The translations under genes were made by a program, and so were the position numbers. Below are positions 40,405 to 51,884 of a stretch of 64,000 nt of DNA, piece by piece. Source of the stretch: Bdellovibrionales bacterium. Its GTDB lineage: Bacteria > Bdellovibrionota > Bdellovibrionia > Bdellovibrionales > JAUICD01. A model generated the notes under the pieces. It did not search any database, was not told where the DNA came from, and was given only the letters and a program-made list of their open reading frames with translations. The stretch lies in the NCBI GenBank assembly GCA_965203275.1, contig OZ241865.1:1-64000 (forward strand). The letters run 5' to 3'. Numbering within the stretch: the stretch's first letter is position 1; every line of letters starts with the position of its first letter.

Positions 40405-42858
40405 TCACTTTGAATGAAAGTCTTCTTCTAAAATCAAGGCAAAGTTGGCTACAGATTGTCCACTTTTGAGATTAATAAGACGTACACCTTGAGCATTCCT
40501 GCCTATTGTAGAAATTTGCTCTGTTTTGAGACGAATCAATTGACCTTTATTGGTGATCAACATGAGATCATCATGTTTGCCAACACTGGCTGTACCTATA
40601 ACAGAACCCACTTTATCTGTGACCTTTTGAGTGATAATACCTGTTCCACCTCGCCTTTGAGTCCTATATTGATCTGCAAAGGTTTTTTTGCCATAGCCTT
40701 TTTCTGTGACCATCATGATAATTTGCTTTTCTTCCTTACTAATATTTTCTTTTGGCTTTTCAAGGATTTCTATGCCCACAACTTGATCATCTTTTGCTAA
40801 AGCTATACCTTTGACACCTCTAGCAGTTCGCCCCATTGGCCTGACTTGATCTTCATTAAAACGAATGGACTTACCCTGTGATGTGGCAACAAAAATATCA
40901 TTTTGACCAGAACTCAATTTAGCCCCTACAAGATGATCATTTAAGTCAATCGTCAAAGCAATGATGCCTGAAGGTCTTGGTTTTGAAAAAGCAGACAGTG
41001 GTGTTTTTTTAATGATGCCTTTTCCAGTAATTAAAACAACATGGCTATTCTCTTTAAACTCATCGACTGGTAAAATAGCCATCACCTTTTCTTGAGCAGA
41101 TAAATTAATTAAATTAGCTATAGCTTTCCCTTTAGAAGTTCTAAGCCCTTGAGGTAATTTATAAACCTTTAACCAATAGATTCGACCCTTGTTGGTAAAC
41201 ACCAATAAGGTTGTAAAGGTATTGACAGCAAATATATTGCACACAAAATCTTCTTCTCTGGTACCTGCTCCTTTGATACCTCGACCCCCTCTATGTTGTG
41301 TTTTATAAGTTGAGCTGGGGATACGCTTAATATAATTTGTGTGAGTTATTGTCACAATCACATCTTCTTTAGCAATGAGGTCTTCGTCTTCAAGATCTTC
41401 TTGCCTCTCCTCAATCACAGTTTGTCTTTTGTCGCCGTATCTTTCTTTAATAGCTATGAGTTCCTTTTTAATGATTTGATAAATCTTTTTAATATCACTT
41501 AACACCTCTTTAAGCCATTGAATTTTCTTTTCTAACTCTTTGATTTCATTAAGGATTTTTTCTCTTTCAAGACCAGTTAAACGTGCTAACCTCATATCTA
41601 AAATGGCTTGAGTTTGTACTGGAGTAAAATCAAATTTTTTCATTAAGGTAGCCTTTGCTACAGAAGGCTCTCGGCTTTTTCGAATCACTTCAACCACTTG
41701 ATCAATATGATCCAAAGCCTTTTTCAAACCTTGCAAAATATGAATGCGACTTTCTGCTTTTTGCAAGTCAAAAATACAGCGTTTGGTCACCACATCTTTT
41801 CTGTGTTCAATAAAAGCTTTTAGACAAGATTTGAGATCAAAAACTTTTGGTTGGCTCCCTTTATCTAAAGCTAACATAATCATAGAGAAACGAATTTGCA
41901 TCTGTGTGTATTTATAAAGACGATTTAATATAACTCCACTATTTTCACCCTTTTTAATGTCTAAAACAATTCGCATGCCGGCTTTTGAAGACTCATCTCG
42001 AATATCAGAAATACCTTCAATCTTTCTCTCTTTGACAAGATCAGCAATGGATTCAATAAGGCGAGCTTTATTGACTTGATAAGGGATTTCTTTGACAATG
42101 ATCGCCTCCCTATCACCTTTTTTGCTTTCAATATCCACAACTGATTTGATGGTGACGCCACCTCTGCCAGTTTTGTAGGCTGATATAATGCCATCCCTTC
42201 CTGAAATCACACCATGAGAAGGGAAATCAGGACCAGGGATAATTTTAATTAAAGAATCAATAGAACAATCAGGCTGGTCAATCAAGTGGATACAACCATT
42301 AATGACTTCTACGAGATTGTGGGGTGGAATATTAGTGGCCATACCTACAGCAATACCTGAAGATCCATTGATCAAAAGATTAGGGATCTTAGCAGGTAAC
42401 ACAGAAGGGATCTCTAGTGAATCATCATAGTTAGGGTAAAAATCTACTGTATTTTTTTGAATATCTTCTAGCAACTCTTCTGCTAGTTGAGTCATGCGAA
42501 CTTCTGTATACCTCATAGCAGCAGGGCTATCTCCATCAATGGAACCAAAATTACCTTGTCCATCTATTAGAGGGTATCTTAAAGAAAAACTTTGTGCCAT
42601 TCTCACGATACTATCATAGACAGCAACATCGCCATGAGGATGATACTTACCAATCACATCACCTACCACACGGGCTGATTTTTTATAAGGTTTATTATGT
42701 ACATTGTTCATTTCGTGCTGTGCAAATAAGATGCGACGATGAACTGGCTTAAGCCCATCTCGCACATCTGGTAAGGCTCTGCCCACAATCACACTCATGG
42801 AGTATTGCAGGTAAGCGTCTTTCATTTCGAGTTCAATATCGACTTGTTGAGGCTTCAT
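40405..42858 (-). CDS. gyrA: DNA gyrase subunit A
   Basis: GRALPDVRDGLKPVHRR, YHPHGD, AAMRYTE, QHRGGRG GyrA-box. Confidence 0.98.
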   Translation of the reverse strand: MKPQQVDIELEMKDAYLQYSMSVIVGRALPDVRDGLKPVHRRILFAQHEMNNVHNKPYKKSARVVGDVIGKYHPHGDVAVYDSIVRMAQSFSLRYPLIDGQGNFGSIDGDSPAAMRYTEVRMTQLAEELLEDIQKNTVDFYPNYDDSLEIPSVLPAKIPNLLINGSSGIAVGMATNIPPHNLVEVINGCIHLIDQPDCSIDSLIKIIPGPDFPSHGVISGRDGIISAYKTGRGGVTIKSVVDIESKKGDREAIIVKEIPYQVNKARLIESIADLVKERKIEGISDIRDESSKAGMRIVLDIKKGENSGVILNRLYKYTQMQIRFSMIMLALDKGSQPKVFDLKSCLKAFIEHRKDVVTKRCIFDLQKAESRIHILQGLKKALDHIDQVVEVIRKSREPSVAKATLMKKFDFTPVQTQAILDMRLARLTGLEREKILNEIKELEKKIQWLKEVLSDIKKIYQIIKKELIAIKERYGDKRQTVIEERQEDLEDEDLIAKEDVIVTITHTNYIKRIPSSTYKTQHRGGRGIKGAGTREEDFVCNIFAVNTFTTLLVFTNKGRIYWLKVYKLPQGLRTSKGKAIANLINLSAQEKVMAILPVDEFKENSHVVLITGKGIIKKTPLSAFSKPRPSGIIALTIDLNDHLVGAKLSSGQNDIFVATSQGKSIRFNEDQVRPMGRTARGVKGIALAKDDQVVGIEILEKPKENISKEEKQIIMMVTEKGYGKKTFADQYRTQRRGGTGIITQKVTDKVGSVIGTASVGKHDDLMLITNKGQLIRLKTEQISTIGRNAQGVRLINLKSGQSVANFALILEEDFHSK

Positions 42859-43044
42859 TATAGGTTCCCTTTTTTGTTTTGTTGATGACTATTGAATTAA
42901 CTATTGAAAGGATTATGATAAAACAAATAGATATCATTAATCAAGTTATTTTTTAGAGCTTGCTACTGCATTATTTATTCACCTAATTTCTTACACAAAT
43001 GCATTTATTTTCTTAAAAGCATAGATATATTATTTCTTAAATAA

Positions 43045-44307
43045 TTATGTTGATTTTCGTTCAATGGCTCGGTCCATAGACTCAGGAGACATACCAAATA
43101 TGTCAAAGTAAGTATCCTGATCCTTTGATCCTGAAGCATTATATGCTTGAATGATCTGATCGGATAATTGAGTAAAGGCTTGAGCAGCTGTATCTAAATC
43201 TCTTTTTGTATGGGTTGCAATAACAGAACATCGAATAAGTGCTTGACCCCTAGGAACTGCTGGATACATGACAGGGGTTGTAAAGACACCTATATCTAAA
43301 AGCTTTTGGCAAATGATAAGAGTGGCCTGATCGTCCCCTATTAATATAGGAATGATACTTGTCTGAGAATCAACTATGTCTAGTTTTGCTTGCTTGAGTT
43401 GATCTCTTAAATACTTTGCATTAGCTCTTTGTTGGTTGATTCTTTCGGGTTCTGCCCTCAAAATATTCAAGGCTGTGTTAGCTGCTGCTGTATTTGCAGG
43501 TGAAAGCCCTGCCGAAAACATAAAACTACGCGATCTATGTTTAATCCATTCAATAGTCTCATGGCTACTGCAAATGTAACCTCCCTGGGTAGCTAGTGAC
43601 TTAGAAAAAGTTCCCATAATAATATCAGGACACAAGCTATAATGACTGCTAGTCCCTCGACCTTCTTTGCCAATAACTCCCAATCCATGAGCATCATCTA
43701 AATAAATTTTAGCATTGTATTGTTCAGCTAAATCAGTCATTTTGTCTAAAGGAACAATATCTCCTTTCATAGAAAATACACCATCTGTAATAATGAGTTT
43801 GTCTTTTTTGTGAGAAGTTTTAAGCTTTTCTTCCAGATTGTTCATGTCTGAATGCTTGTAAACATGTACTTGAGCTTTTGTCAGTTTACAGCCTTCAATA
43901 ATACAGGCATGGTTTTCTTCATCACTAAATATATCAGTGTTTTCATCTGTGAAAGAGGCTATGGCTAAATTAGCCATAAAGCCTGCTGCATAAACTAAAC
44001 AAGAGTCATAAGCTAAAAAATCAGCAAGATTTTCTTCCAACTCCTCATGCAACAAAAGATTGCCATTTAAAAATCGCGACCCTGTACAACCTACTCCCCA
44101 CTTTTTAATTGCATCAATAGCAGCTTGCATGACCCTAGGGTCATGGGTTAAGCCTAAATAATTATTGGATCCCATCATCACAAGCTTTTTGTTATTATGA
44201 ATGACATGATCACTACGACTGTCTTCTAAGATTCTAAAGTAAGGATAAATCTTTTTACTTTTCAAGAGTTTTATAAGCCGTAAGCCATGCTTTTTAGAAT
44301 CAAGCAT
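43045..44307 (-). CDS. Alpha-oxoamine synthase, most like serine palmitoyltransferase
   Basis: YPYFR, MGSNNYLGLT, GCTGSRFLNG, DDAHG, GTFSKS; AAGGAG RBS before ATG 44307. Confidence 0.75.
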   Translation of the reverse strand: MLDSKKHGLRLIKLLKSKKIYPYFRILEDSRSDHVIHNNKKLVMMGSNNYLGLTHDPRVMQAAIDAIKKWGVGCTGSRFLNGNLLLHEELEENLADFLAYDSCLVYAAGFMANLAIASFTDENTDIFSDEENHACIIEGCKLTKAQVHVYKHSDMNNLEEKLKTSHKKDKLIITDGVFSMKGDIVPLDKMTDLAEQYNAKIYLDDAHGLGVIGKEGRGTSSHYSLCPDIIMGTFSKSLATQGGYICSSHETIEWIKHRSRSFMFSAGLSPANTAAANTALNILRAEPERINQQRANAKYLRDQLKQAKLDIVDSQTSIIPILIGDDQATLIICQKLLDIGVFTTPVMYPAVPRGQALIRCSVIATHTKRDLDTAAQAFTQLSDQIIQAYNASGSKDQDTYFDIFGMSPESMDRAIERKST

Positions 44308-44329
44308 ATTTTTTCTCCTTTTGGTTTTT

Positions 44330-45300
44330 TTCACTAAAAGTAAACTGACCTCTGGTCACTTTTGGGTAGCCAGCCCGACGGCTATCGCCGTCGATCAAAG
44401 GCTGGCTACCTCAAAAGTCCGTTTACTTTTAGTAGGGAGGATCCCTTCGTTTCTTAACCACATGTTAAGGAAAAAGTTCCTTCTAACACCTTTTCCTTCT
44501 GATGCCGGATTGCCGGATCCCGGATGCCAGATCCCAGAAAAAGTATCCCTTCATTTCTTTATACCATGTTGAGGAAATAAGGCATTCGTTTTTTTGTTTT
44601 TTTTACTCTCTTTTAGATTCTGCGTAATTTTCAAAAAAGCATGAATATTATGAGTGGGAGGCGGGGGTAGGCTGGAGGGGTTGTTTCACTAAAAGTGGTC
44701 TATTTCACTCAAAATGAGCCACACCTCTGGTGTGTTTTTGGGCATTGCTCTGACAGCTTACGCTGTCTAAAAAGAGCAATACCACAAAAAACTGCTCATT
44801 TTTAGTAGGGAGGATCCCTTCGTCCCTTAACTCCATGTTAAGGAAAAAGTTCCTTCATCACCGCTGGCAACCTAGAAAGCCTGTTCACTTTGAGTAAGGA
44901 GGATCTTTTCGTCTCTTAACTACATGTTAAGGAAAAAGAATTCCTTCTTTTTCACTAAAAGTGGTCTAGCCTCTGTTTCACTCAAAGTGAACTGACCTCT
45001 GGTCACTTTCTGGTTGCCAGCCGAAGGCTATTCGCCTTCTCAAATGCTGGCAACCTAGAAAGCTTGACCACTTTTAGTAGGAAGGATCCCTTCGTTTCTT
45101 AACCACATGTTAAGGAAAAAGTTCCTTCTTTTTCACTAAAAGTAAACTGACCTCTGGTCACTTTTGGGTAGCCAGCCCGACGGCGACAGCCGTCGGGCTA
45201 ACTGCCAGAAAACATGCCAGAGGCATGATTTATTTTTAGTGAAAAAAACAATCGAAGGGTGGCGGGTGGGGTTAGGGAGTTAGTTGTTTCACTAAAAATA
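44330..45300. repeat. Hairpin-element cluster
   Basis: Units at 44330, 44704 and 44977; head-to-head fused unit 45132-45243. Confidence 0.93.
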
Positions 45301-45560
45301 ACCCAACCCATTTTAAAATCTATTTTAGAATTTCATCATAGATAGGTGAATAAAGTCAAGATAAGAATAAGCATATTTTTATCAAATAACACAAAAAATA
45401 AGATAAATTTCAAAAAATGGCTTTATAGATGTTCTAAGATTTGATTTTATTTAGTAATTATTTTTTACGACAACCATAATATTTAGAGAACTCTTTTGTC
45501 AATGGTCAATAAAGTCAATAAATAAACAATAAAATGTTAATGAGAAACTTATAATACTTT

Positions 45561-47687
45561 CTAAAATGTTTTAAAATTCCAAATAGATTCATAAGCTTTA
45601 TGTATCTGATCTAACTTCCAACAAATATGATGATTGGCAATCACATCTCCTCCTGTTTGACCTATGACTTGAGCTTTACAGTTATGTCCATTGAATTGCT
45701 CTAAAATATTCTCTTTATGCTGAAGATCTACAACTAGAATCACTTGGTAGAGCTGATCAGAAAATAAATTAGGAATATCTTCAAATAATTTTATGCCTAC
45801 ACAAGCTTCTTGAATAATATCTTCACAGCAACACATTTTACACAGACTGTACCCTAGCCCCCATCGACTCACAATATGGGAAGCTAGTACTTTTTGAGTC
45901 GAACATAAATCTTGCAAAGCAACAATCCATTGAGCTAAGAGGTGATGTGTTGCATTTTGAGGAGAAATATCGTATGAAAACTCTAAAAGCAAAACATCTT
46001 GTCCTTCTTGCATAATATAGTCTTTTGGAATTGCTAAGGTGCTTTCTTTCAAGCCTACCATGCCAATGGCAGGAGTTGGTAATATATTATGACTTTGAAA
46101 CTCATTATAAAAACTTACATTGCCAGAAACAATAGGTGTCTGTAAAACCTTACAAGCTACATTCATCCCATCAATAGTATCCACAAATTGAGTCATTATT
46201 TTTTTATTTTCTGGATTGCCAAAATTCAAGCAATTCGTCACAGCTAGAGGTTGGAAGCCTTTAATAGCAAGTTTTATAGCAGGATAAAAGATAGCATCAT
46301 GCCCTCCTAAAAAGGCATTTTGTTGCATGAGGTGAGGACGACCTCCCAACACCACTGCTAAGTCTCTTTGGCTTTCTGGTAGTTTCAATACACCTATACT
46401 CCAGCTACAATCTTTGTAAGTGTTTGCCCCCACCCTTTGATCATACTGCTGGAAAATCCAACGCCGAGAACGTCCTCGAATATCAGAAAGCTTTTTGAAA
46501 ATATCTTGATCATCTTTTGATAGTGGCTGTGGAAAAATACATTGTGTATGATCCCTTTGGCTATGAGGTCTGTCGTATTCAGGGGCATCTTTTACTAAAA
46601 TGTCAGGATCTATTTGAGCAATTTGTTGATGGTGCCAGTAAAGTGTAATGCTTTTTTCTTTAGTTGTATGTCCTATTTGTTGGGCTTCTAAACCCCATCG
46701 AGCAAAAATCTTTTGTAGTTTTGAGAAATTTTCAGATCGGCATAAAATTAACATACGTTCTTGGCTTTCTGATAAAAGAATATCTTCTGGTGTGAGATTG
46801 GCATCTCTTAAAGGTACTTGATCTAAAAAAAGTTTCATCCCTATTTGAGATTTAGAAGCCATTTCAAAGCTGGAGCTTGTTAAACCAGAAGCCCCCATAT
46901 CTTGAATTGCTTCTACAAGATGAGCCTTCATAACTTCTAAGCAAGATTCAATTAATAATTTTTCAAAAAAGGGATCTCCTATTTGCACAGTGGGTTTATT
47001 GTCAATATTTTTATCTGAAGGTTGACTAGCCATACTAGCACCATGGATGCCATCTCGACCTGTCTTAGCTCCTACGTAAACGATAAGGCTATTGGTATTG
47101 TCTGTATGAGATAAAAAAACTTGATCTTGCTTTCCAAAATACCCCAAAGCTAAAGCATTCATCACAATATTGTGATTGTAGCCAGGGTCAAACTCTGTCT
47201 GACCTGTGAGCATGGGGACACCTACACAATTACCATAATCAGCTATACCTTCTACCACTCCTTGAAGTAGTTTTTTTGTATGGGCAGAAAGAGGGTATCC
47301 AAAACAAAGGTAATTGGCAAGGGCTATGGGCCTTGCTCCCATTGTAAAAATATCTCTTAAAATACCGCCCACACCCGTAGCAGCTCCTTGATAGGGTTCA
47401 ATCAGGCTTGGATGGTTATGACTTTCTATTTTAAAGGCAATCCTTTCGCCTTGTCCTAGATCTACAACCCCAGCATTTTCACCCGCTCCATGTAAAACCC
47501 TTTTATGTTGAGAAAAAAGTTTTTTAAGATGTTTTTTAGAGCTTTTATAGCTACAATGTTCACTCCAAAGAGCAGAGAAAATAGCCCACTCCACCCCTTC
47601 TAATGGTCTTTTAAGTTTTTGACAGATGAGATCATATTCTGTTGGAGATAGACCATAATGTTTAAGCTTATCTTCTAAAAGCATTGT
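45561..47687 (-). CDS. purL: FGAM synthase subunit PurL (small form)
   Basis: WSEHCSYK, ESHNHPS, GAATGVGG, LSESQERM; start likely the Met overlapping the purQ end. Confidence 0.95.
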   Translation of the reverse strand, partial: TMLLEDKLKHYGLSPTEYDLICQKLKRPLEGVEWAIFSALWSEHCSYKSSKKHLKKLFSQHKRVLHGAGENAGVVDLGQGERIAFKIESHNHPSLIEPYQGAATGVGGILRDIFTMGARPIALANYLCFGYPLSAHTKKLLQGVVEGIADYGNCVGVPMLTGQTEFDPGYNHNIVMNALALGYFGKQDQVFLSHTDNTNSLIVYVGAKTGRDGIHGASMASQPSDKNIDNKPTVQIGDPFFEKLLIESCLEVMKAHLVEAIQDMGASGLTSSSFEMASKSQIGMKLFLDQVPLRDANLTPEDILLSESQERMLILCRSENFSKLQKIFARWGLEAQQIGHTTKEKSITLYWHHQQIAQIDPDILVKDAPEYDRPHSQRDHTQCIFPQPLSKDDQDIFKKLSDIRGRSRRWIFQQYDQRVGANTYKDCSWSIGVLKLPESQRDLAVVLGGRPHLMQQNAFLGGHDAIFYPAIKLAIKGFQPLAVTNCLNFGNPENKKIMTQFVDTIDGMNVACKVLQTPIVSGNVSFYNEFQSHNILPTPAIGMVGLKESTLAIPKDYIMQEGQDVLLLEFSYDISPQNATHHLLAQWIVALQDLCSTQKVLASHIVSRWGLGYSLCKMCCCEDIIQEACVGIKLFEDIPNLFSDQLYQVILVVDLQHKENILEQFNGHNCKAQVIGQTGGDVIANHHICWKLDQIHKAYESIWNFKTF

Positions 47688-48313
47688 AAAACCTTTCTTC
47701 CATCTTGACACCCCATCCAAGAAAATATAGCCCTTTCAGGGTGAGGCATCAAGGCTGCTACATTTTTAGTTTTGTTAAAAATACCTGCAATGCTTTTAAC
47801 AGAGCCATTGGGATTGTTTGTATATTGAAGCCAAATTTGTTCTTTGTCTTCCATAGACTTGAGTAAATCTACTGGAGCAAAGTACCGTCCTTCTTTGTGT
47901 GCGATAGGTAAAAAAATCTTGGTAGAAATAGTCCAGTAAGATGTCTTAGAGAAAGGCTTAAGTGCCGTCCATTGATCAATGAATTTGTGATGGATGTTAG
48001 GAAGTAAAACACCTGGGAGTAATCCAGATTCGCATAAAATTTGAAAACCATTGCAGATGCCTAAAATGGGTTTTTGTTTCTGAGAAGCTAGAACAAGGTC
48101 TTTAATAGCAGGACTCATAGAGGCTAATACACCAGCTCTTAAATAATCTCCAAAGCTAAACCCTCCTGGTACCACAAAACCATCAAATGCTTGAGCATTG
48201 AATCGATCTCTATGCCAAAGCCAATGAGGTTGGTATGAAAGTGTTTTTAAAGCACGAAATACATCAAAATCGCAGTTTGTACCAGGAAATCTCAGCACAC
48301 CTATTTTCTTCAT
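47675..48313 (-). CDS. purQ: FGAM synthase glutaminase subunit PurQ
   Basis: FPGTNC, PGGFSFGDYLR, GICNGFQ, MPHPER. Confidence 0.96.
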   Translation of the reverse strand: MKKIGVLRFPGTNCDFDVFRALKTLSYQPHWLWHRDRFNAQAFDGFVVPGGFSFGDYLRAGVLASMSPAIKDLVLASQKQKPILGICNGFQILCESGLLPGVLLPNIHHKFIDQWTALKPFSKTSYWTISTKIFLPIAHKEGRYFAPVDLLKSMEDKEQIWLQYTNNPNGSVKSIAGIFNKTKNVAALMPHPERAIFSWMGCQDGRKVLQCF

Positions 48314-48796
48314 GCTGTCACCTTCATTATTTTCATCATTGCCAGCAAACTCCTATTAATTTCTGTGGATGGTTCTGTGAATGGATTTGTTCAGAAATAT
48401 AATTTGATACTGAAAAAATAGCAATTATTACATCTTTGAGTGACAAAGAATGTCTCATTTATTGACAGTTTTTGTCATTTTTTCATGGTTTTTTCTTCAT
48501 ACACCTCTATTCAACAAATTATTTTAAAAAGCCTTTAAAATATTTATGTATACTTTTCCACCCCTTGAATGTCATCTAATATTTTTAAAAAATAAAGTTA
48601 TTTCAATATGTTATAAAAATATCATCATCCATTTTATATTTGCATATAAGGCTTAAATGAAAAATATAAATTTTATTCTGACAAATAACAAAAGATGGCT
48701 TTAGATTTGCACATATTTTTAGCGATTCATATAATTTTATGAATTTAGAGGAGTTTAAAGACTAAAAGACTAATTAATAAAAAGAAGGAGTTTAAA

Positions 48797-49978
48797 ATGC
48801 AAGTTTTAAGTAGTAAAAGATTATTTATTATAGTATTTGTTAATTTTTTTATAGGTGTACAGCCAGTGGATGCTCAAAAACTGGATATGATTATAGACAG
48901 TGAATTAAATAACGAAATTAACCGGGAGTTAAGATTTAAGTCTTTTCCTATATATCAAGCCAATGAAGAAGTGGTTAATGGTATCCCTTTAAAAGAAGTG
49001 GTCCATGGTCAGTGTGGACTCCATGTCAATACATGTATGAAAGGTCATGTGACGGATGTAAGAGAAATGAATGGCACAAGATGGTCTTGTCAGGGATCAG
49101 GCGGTGGTCGTACTGATTTTTGTTATGTTCCAGAATCAGCTGAAGCTAAAAGAAATCGTAGACTTTCGGATTTGGCAAAAGACATAGACAAAGAAGTCTC
49201 TAATAAAATGGAAGATGAAAGGTTGAAACTTTTAGAAGAACATGGTAGAAAGACTATGGAACGTCTTAATAAAAGACAAAAAGATGCCGATAGAGAAAGA
49301 GTAGCGGCTATAAATAATAAAATTCTTACAACAACCCGCACGGCTTCACCTAGAATTAACAAAGTAGATGATCAGATCATGGCTTTTTACATTGGAGGTG
49401 GAGCAGGTGTGAGGTTCTTTTCAGGCAATGAAGATGTTGACAATGGTCTTAATGTCAATGCTACTTTAGGAGCTGCATTTTCTCAAAATAAAAACTGGCT
49501 ATTTGAAACAGGCTTTTCTTATTCTGATTTTAAGTTAAGTAATTTTTATTATTATGGAGGAAGAGGAGATAAGCCTATTCAATGTATTGATTGTCGTATA
49601 AAAGAATATGCAGCAACTGTGAATGTAAAACGTCATATTTTCACTGAAACGATCAGACCTTTTGTAGGATTTTCTGGAGTATATAGATACCGTGATTATC
49701 AAGAAGATAATATTCTTCGGGGTGGTTTTGATAGTCGAGATGGATATTATAATGCTTCAGACTCTCACGGGTTTGATATGGGTATCAATGCAGGTGTCGA
49801 TTTTGCTTTAAACTCACAATTTATGGTAGGAGCAGAATTTAAGTATATGATTAACCTCGTAAGTGCTTATAAAAAACCATTTTACCCAGTTACGCCACGA
49901 GATCGCATGTTCAATGATCATCGTGCGGATGATATGAACTACTTTACTTTTGGAGTTAATGCTAAGTTCTTTCTTTAA
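48797..49978 (+). CDS. Outer-membrane beta-barrel protein with an N-terminal Cys-repeat unit and coiled coil
   Basis: Signal peptide, amphipathic strands, terminal FTFGVNAKFFL. Confidence 0.8.
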   Translation: MQVLSSKRLFIIVFVNFFIGVQPVDAQKLDMIIDSELNNEINRELRFKSFPIYQANEEVVNGIPLKEVVHGQCGLHVNTCMKGHVTDVREMNGTRWSCQGSGGGRTDFCYVPESAEAKRNRRLSDLAKDIDKEVSNKMEDERLKLLEEHGRKTMERLNKRQKDADRERVAAINNKILTTTRTASPRINKVDDQIMAFYIGGGAGVRFFSGNEDVDNGLNVNATLGAAFSQNKNWLFETGFSYSDFKLSNFYYYGGRGDKPIQCIDCRIKEYAATVNVKRHIFTETIRPFVGFSGVYRYRDYQEDNILRGGFDSRDGYYNASDSHGFDMGINAGVDFALNSQFMVGAEFKYMINLVSAYKKPFYPVTPRDRMFNDHRADDMNYFTFGVNAKFFL

Positions 49979-50394
49979 GCTAACATGAATTTGTATTGCA
50001 AGATAATCTTTTGTGTGGTATAGGCATTGTTCATTGCTACATTTAAAATATGTACAACTTGACATTGGAATACGTTTTAAATAAAGATTTAGATAGAGCT
50101 TTTGAACTACTCAACAGAGAGCTTTTTTCAATACAAAATACTGAGACTGGTGATGACTACCAACAATTTGAACCATTATATCTCCCTATAATTAAACATA
50201 TAACTATTGGTCCTGCTATCGCACCTACAGTAAAAGATTTTTTTAGAAATAGAAGATGAAGTCATTAAATAATATTAATTTAATGACTATCAGTCCTATC
50301 AGGTAATAATGTCTAAAAACATTAATAAAAGCACAATGCCAACACAACTTGGGTTTTAAAAAATGCTGGTGCCTCGCACCCCTTCTTGATCAAT

Positions 50395-51756
50395 TCTGAG
50401 TTGATAGCCTGCAAAAATAAAGTTAAGTAGATTCAGTCTTTAGATATTCTAGCAGAACATAAGGAAGATATAGAAAAAAAACTCTACAATAAAAATAAAG
50501 CTCAGATGAATCTTTTTAATCAATGTAATGTTGTTTTATATGATCTAACCACTTTAAGATTTGAGAGTACAAGAGAAGATTTAGACCACCTTCGAAGATT
50601 TGGTTATAGTAAAGAAAAAAGAAGTGATTGCACACAAGTTGTATTTGGCTTGTTAGTAGATACAGAAGGTATGCCGTTAGGATTTGATGTCTATCCTGGT
50701 AATACTTATGAAGGTAAGACAATGCCAGAAGCGATCTCAAAGTTAAAAGAGAAGTTTAACATAAGAAGATTTATATTAGTAGGAGATCGTGGATTATTTT
50801 CTAATGAAAATCTAAATTTATTTAAGGAAGAAGGTCATGAGTTTATAGTAGGATTAAAGTTAGGTTTATTAAAAGATCGTTTTAAGGAGATATATAATCT
50901 AAAGAATTTTAAATGGGTTAATGATGACTTAGCTATCTATGAGACAGAACACAAAGGTCGTCGTTGTATCATCGGTTGGTCAAGCAAGCGAGCAGAACGA
51001 GATAAAAAATTAAGAGAAGATATTTTATCTAAACTGCAAACAAAATTATCTAAAAAGACAATTAATCCCAAAGACTTTATATCTAATATGAATTACAAAA
51101 AATACATAAGTCATCCTACTTCAAAAGACAAGCCTCAATTAAATGAAGATGCAATAAAAGCATCAGAACAACAAGATGGATTTTTTGGAATTATTACAAA
51201 TGCAAAAAACTTATCCTCTAAGGAGCTTATATTAAATTATAAACATCTTTGGAAGGTAGAGAAAGCATTTAGAGATATAAAAGGTTTTCTCAAGACTCGT
51301 CCGATGTTTCATTGGACAGACAAGAGGATATTAGGTCACTTGGTATTATGTTTTATATCATATCTTTGTGAAGCTTATTTAAGCAAGAAGCTTTATGAAA
51401 AAGGTATTAAATGTAGAGAAGAATTAATGACAGGTCAGAATAAACAAGCAAGGCAACTGAGTGTTTCAGAAGCAATGTTAAAGTTAAAAGAAGTCAGAGC
51501 AGTGCCTGTCACATTAAAAGATAAGACCCTGTGGATGAGAACAGATATCACAGGTCATGCAACAGATGTATTTAAAGCAGTCAAAATACCAGCAAAACAA
51601 TTAAAAGTAGAATCATCACAATCACAATCTTAATTAATCTTAATAGATTGTTCAAAATTCTGCCACAAAAACAAAAACCTAGTGGCACAAAAGCCCTTTC
51701 GACTCATAACTTACTGACTTCGCTCAACTTTATTTTTGCAGGCTATCAAACTCAGG
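50395..51756 (+). mobile_element. IS1634-family element, 5'-truncated
   Basis: Inverted ends CTGAG(T)TTGATAGCCTGCAAAAATAAAGTT at 50396 and 51726-51756, flanking the transposase. Confidence 0.8.
50437..51633 (+). pseudogene. IS1634-family DDE transposase lacking its N-terminus
   Basis: YDLTTLRFE, FGYSKEKRSD, GDRG, WKVEKAFR, RPMFHW; frame extends upstream of 50506 with no start codon. Confidence 0.85.
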
Positions 51757-51884
51757 AAGATTTAAAAAACTCTTTGCCTATTTCTGAAATAGATACTCTT
51801 AAATCAGAACATATATTAAGATGGATAGAATCCCTTAATGATAAAGCAAAGGAATAAAGAATAGATTTTTTTGAAGTCTTTTGT

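Noticed and set aside
48330..48420. purS remnant upstream of purQ (TNPFTE resembles the PurS NP motif)
   Set aside because: Only a few residues match, next to a stop codon, which is too weak to call.
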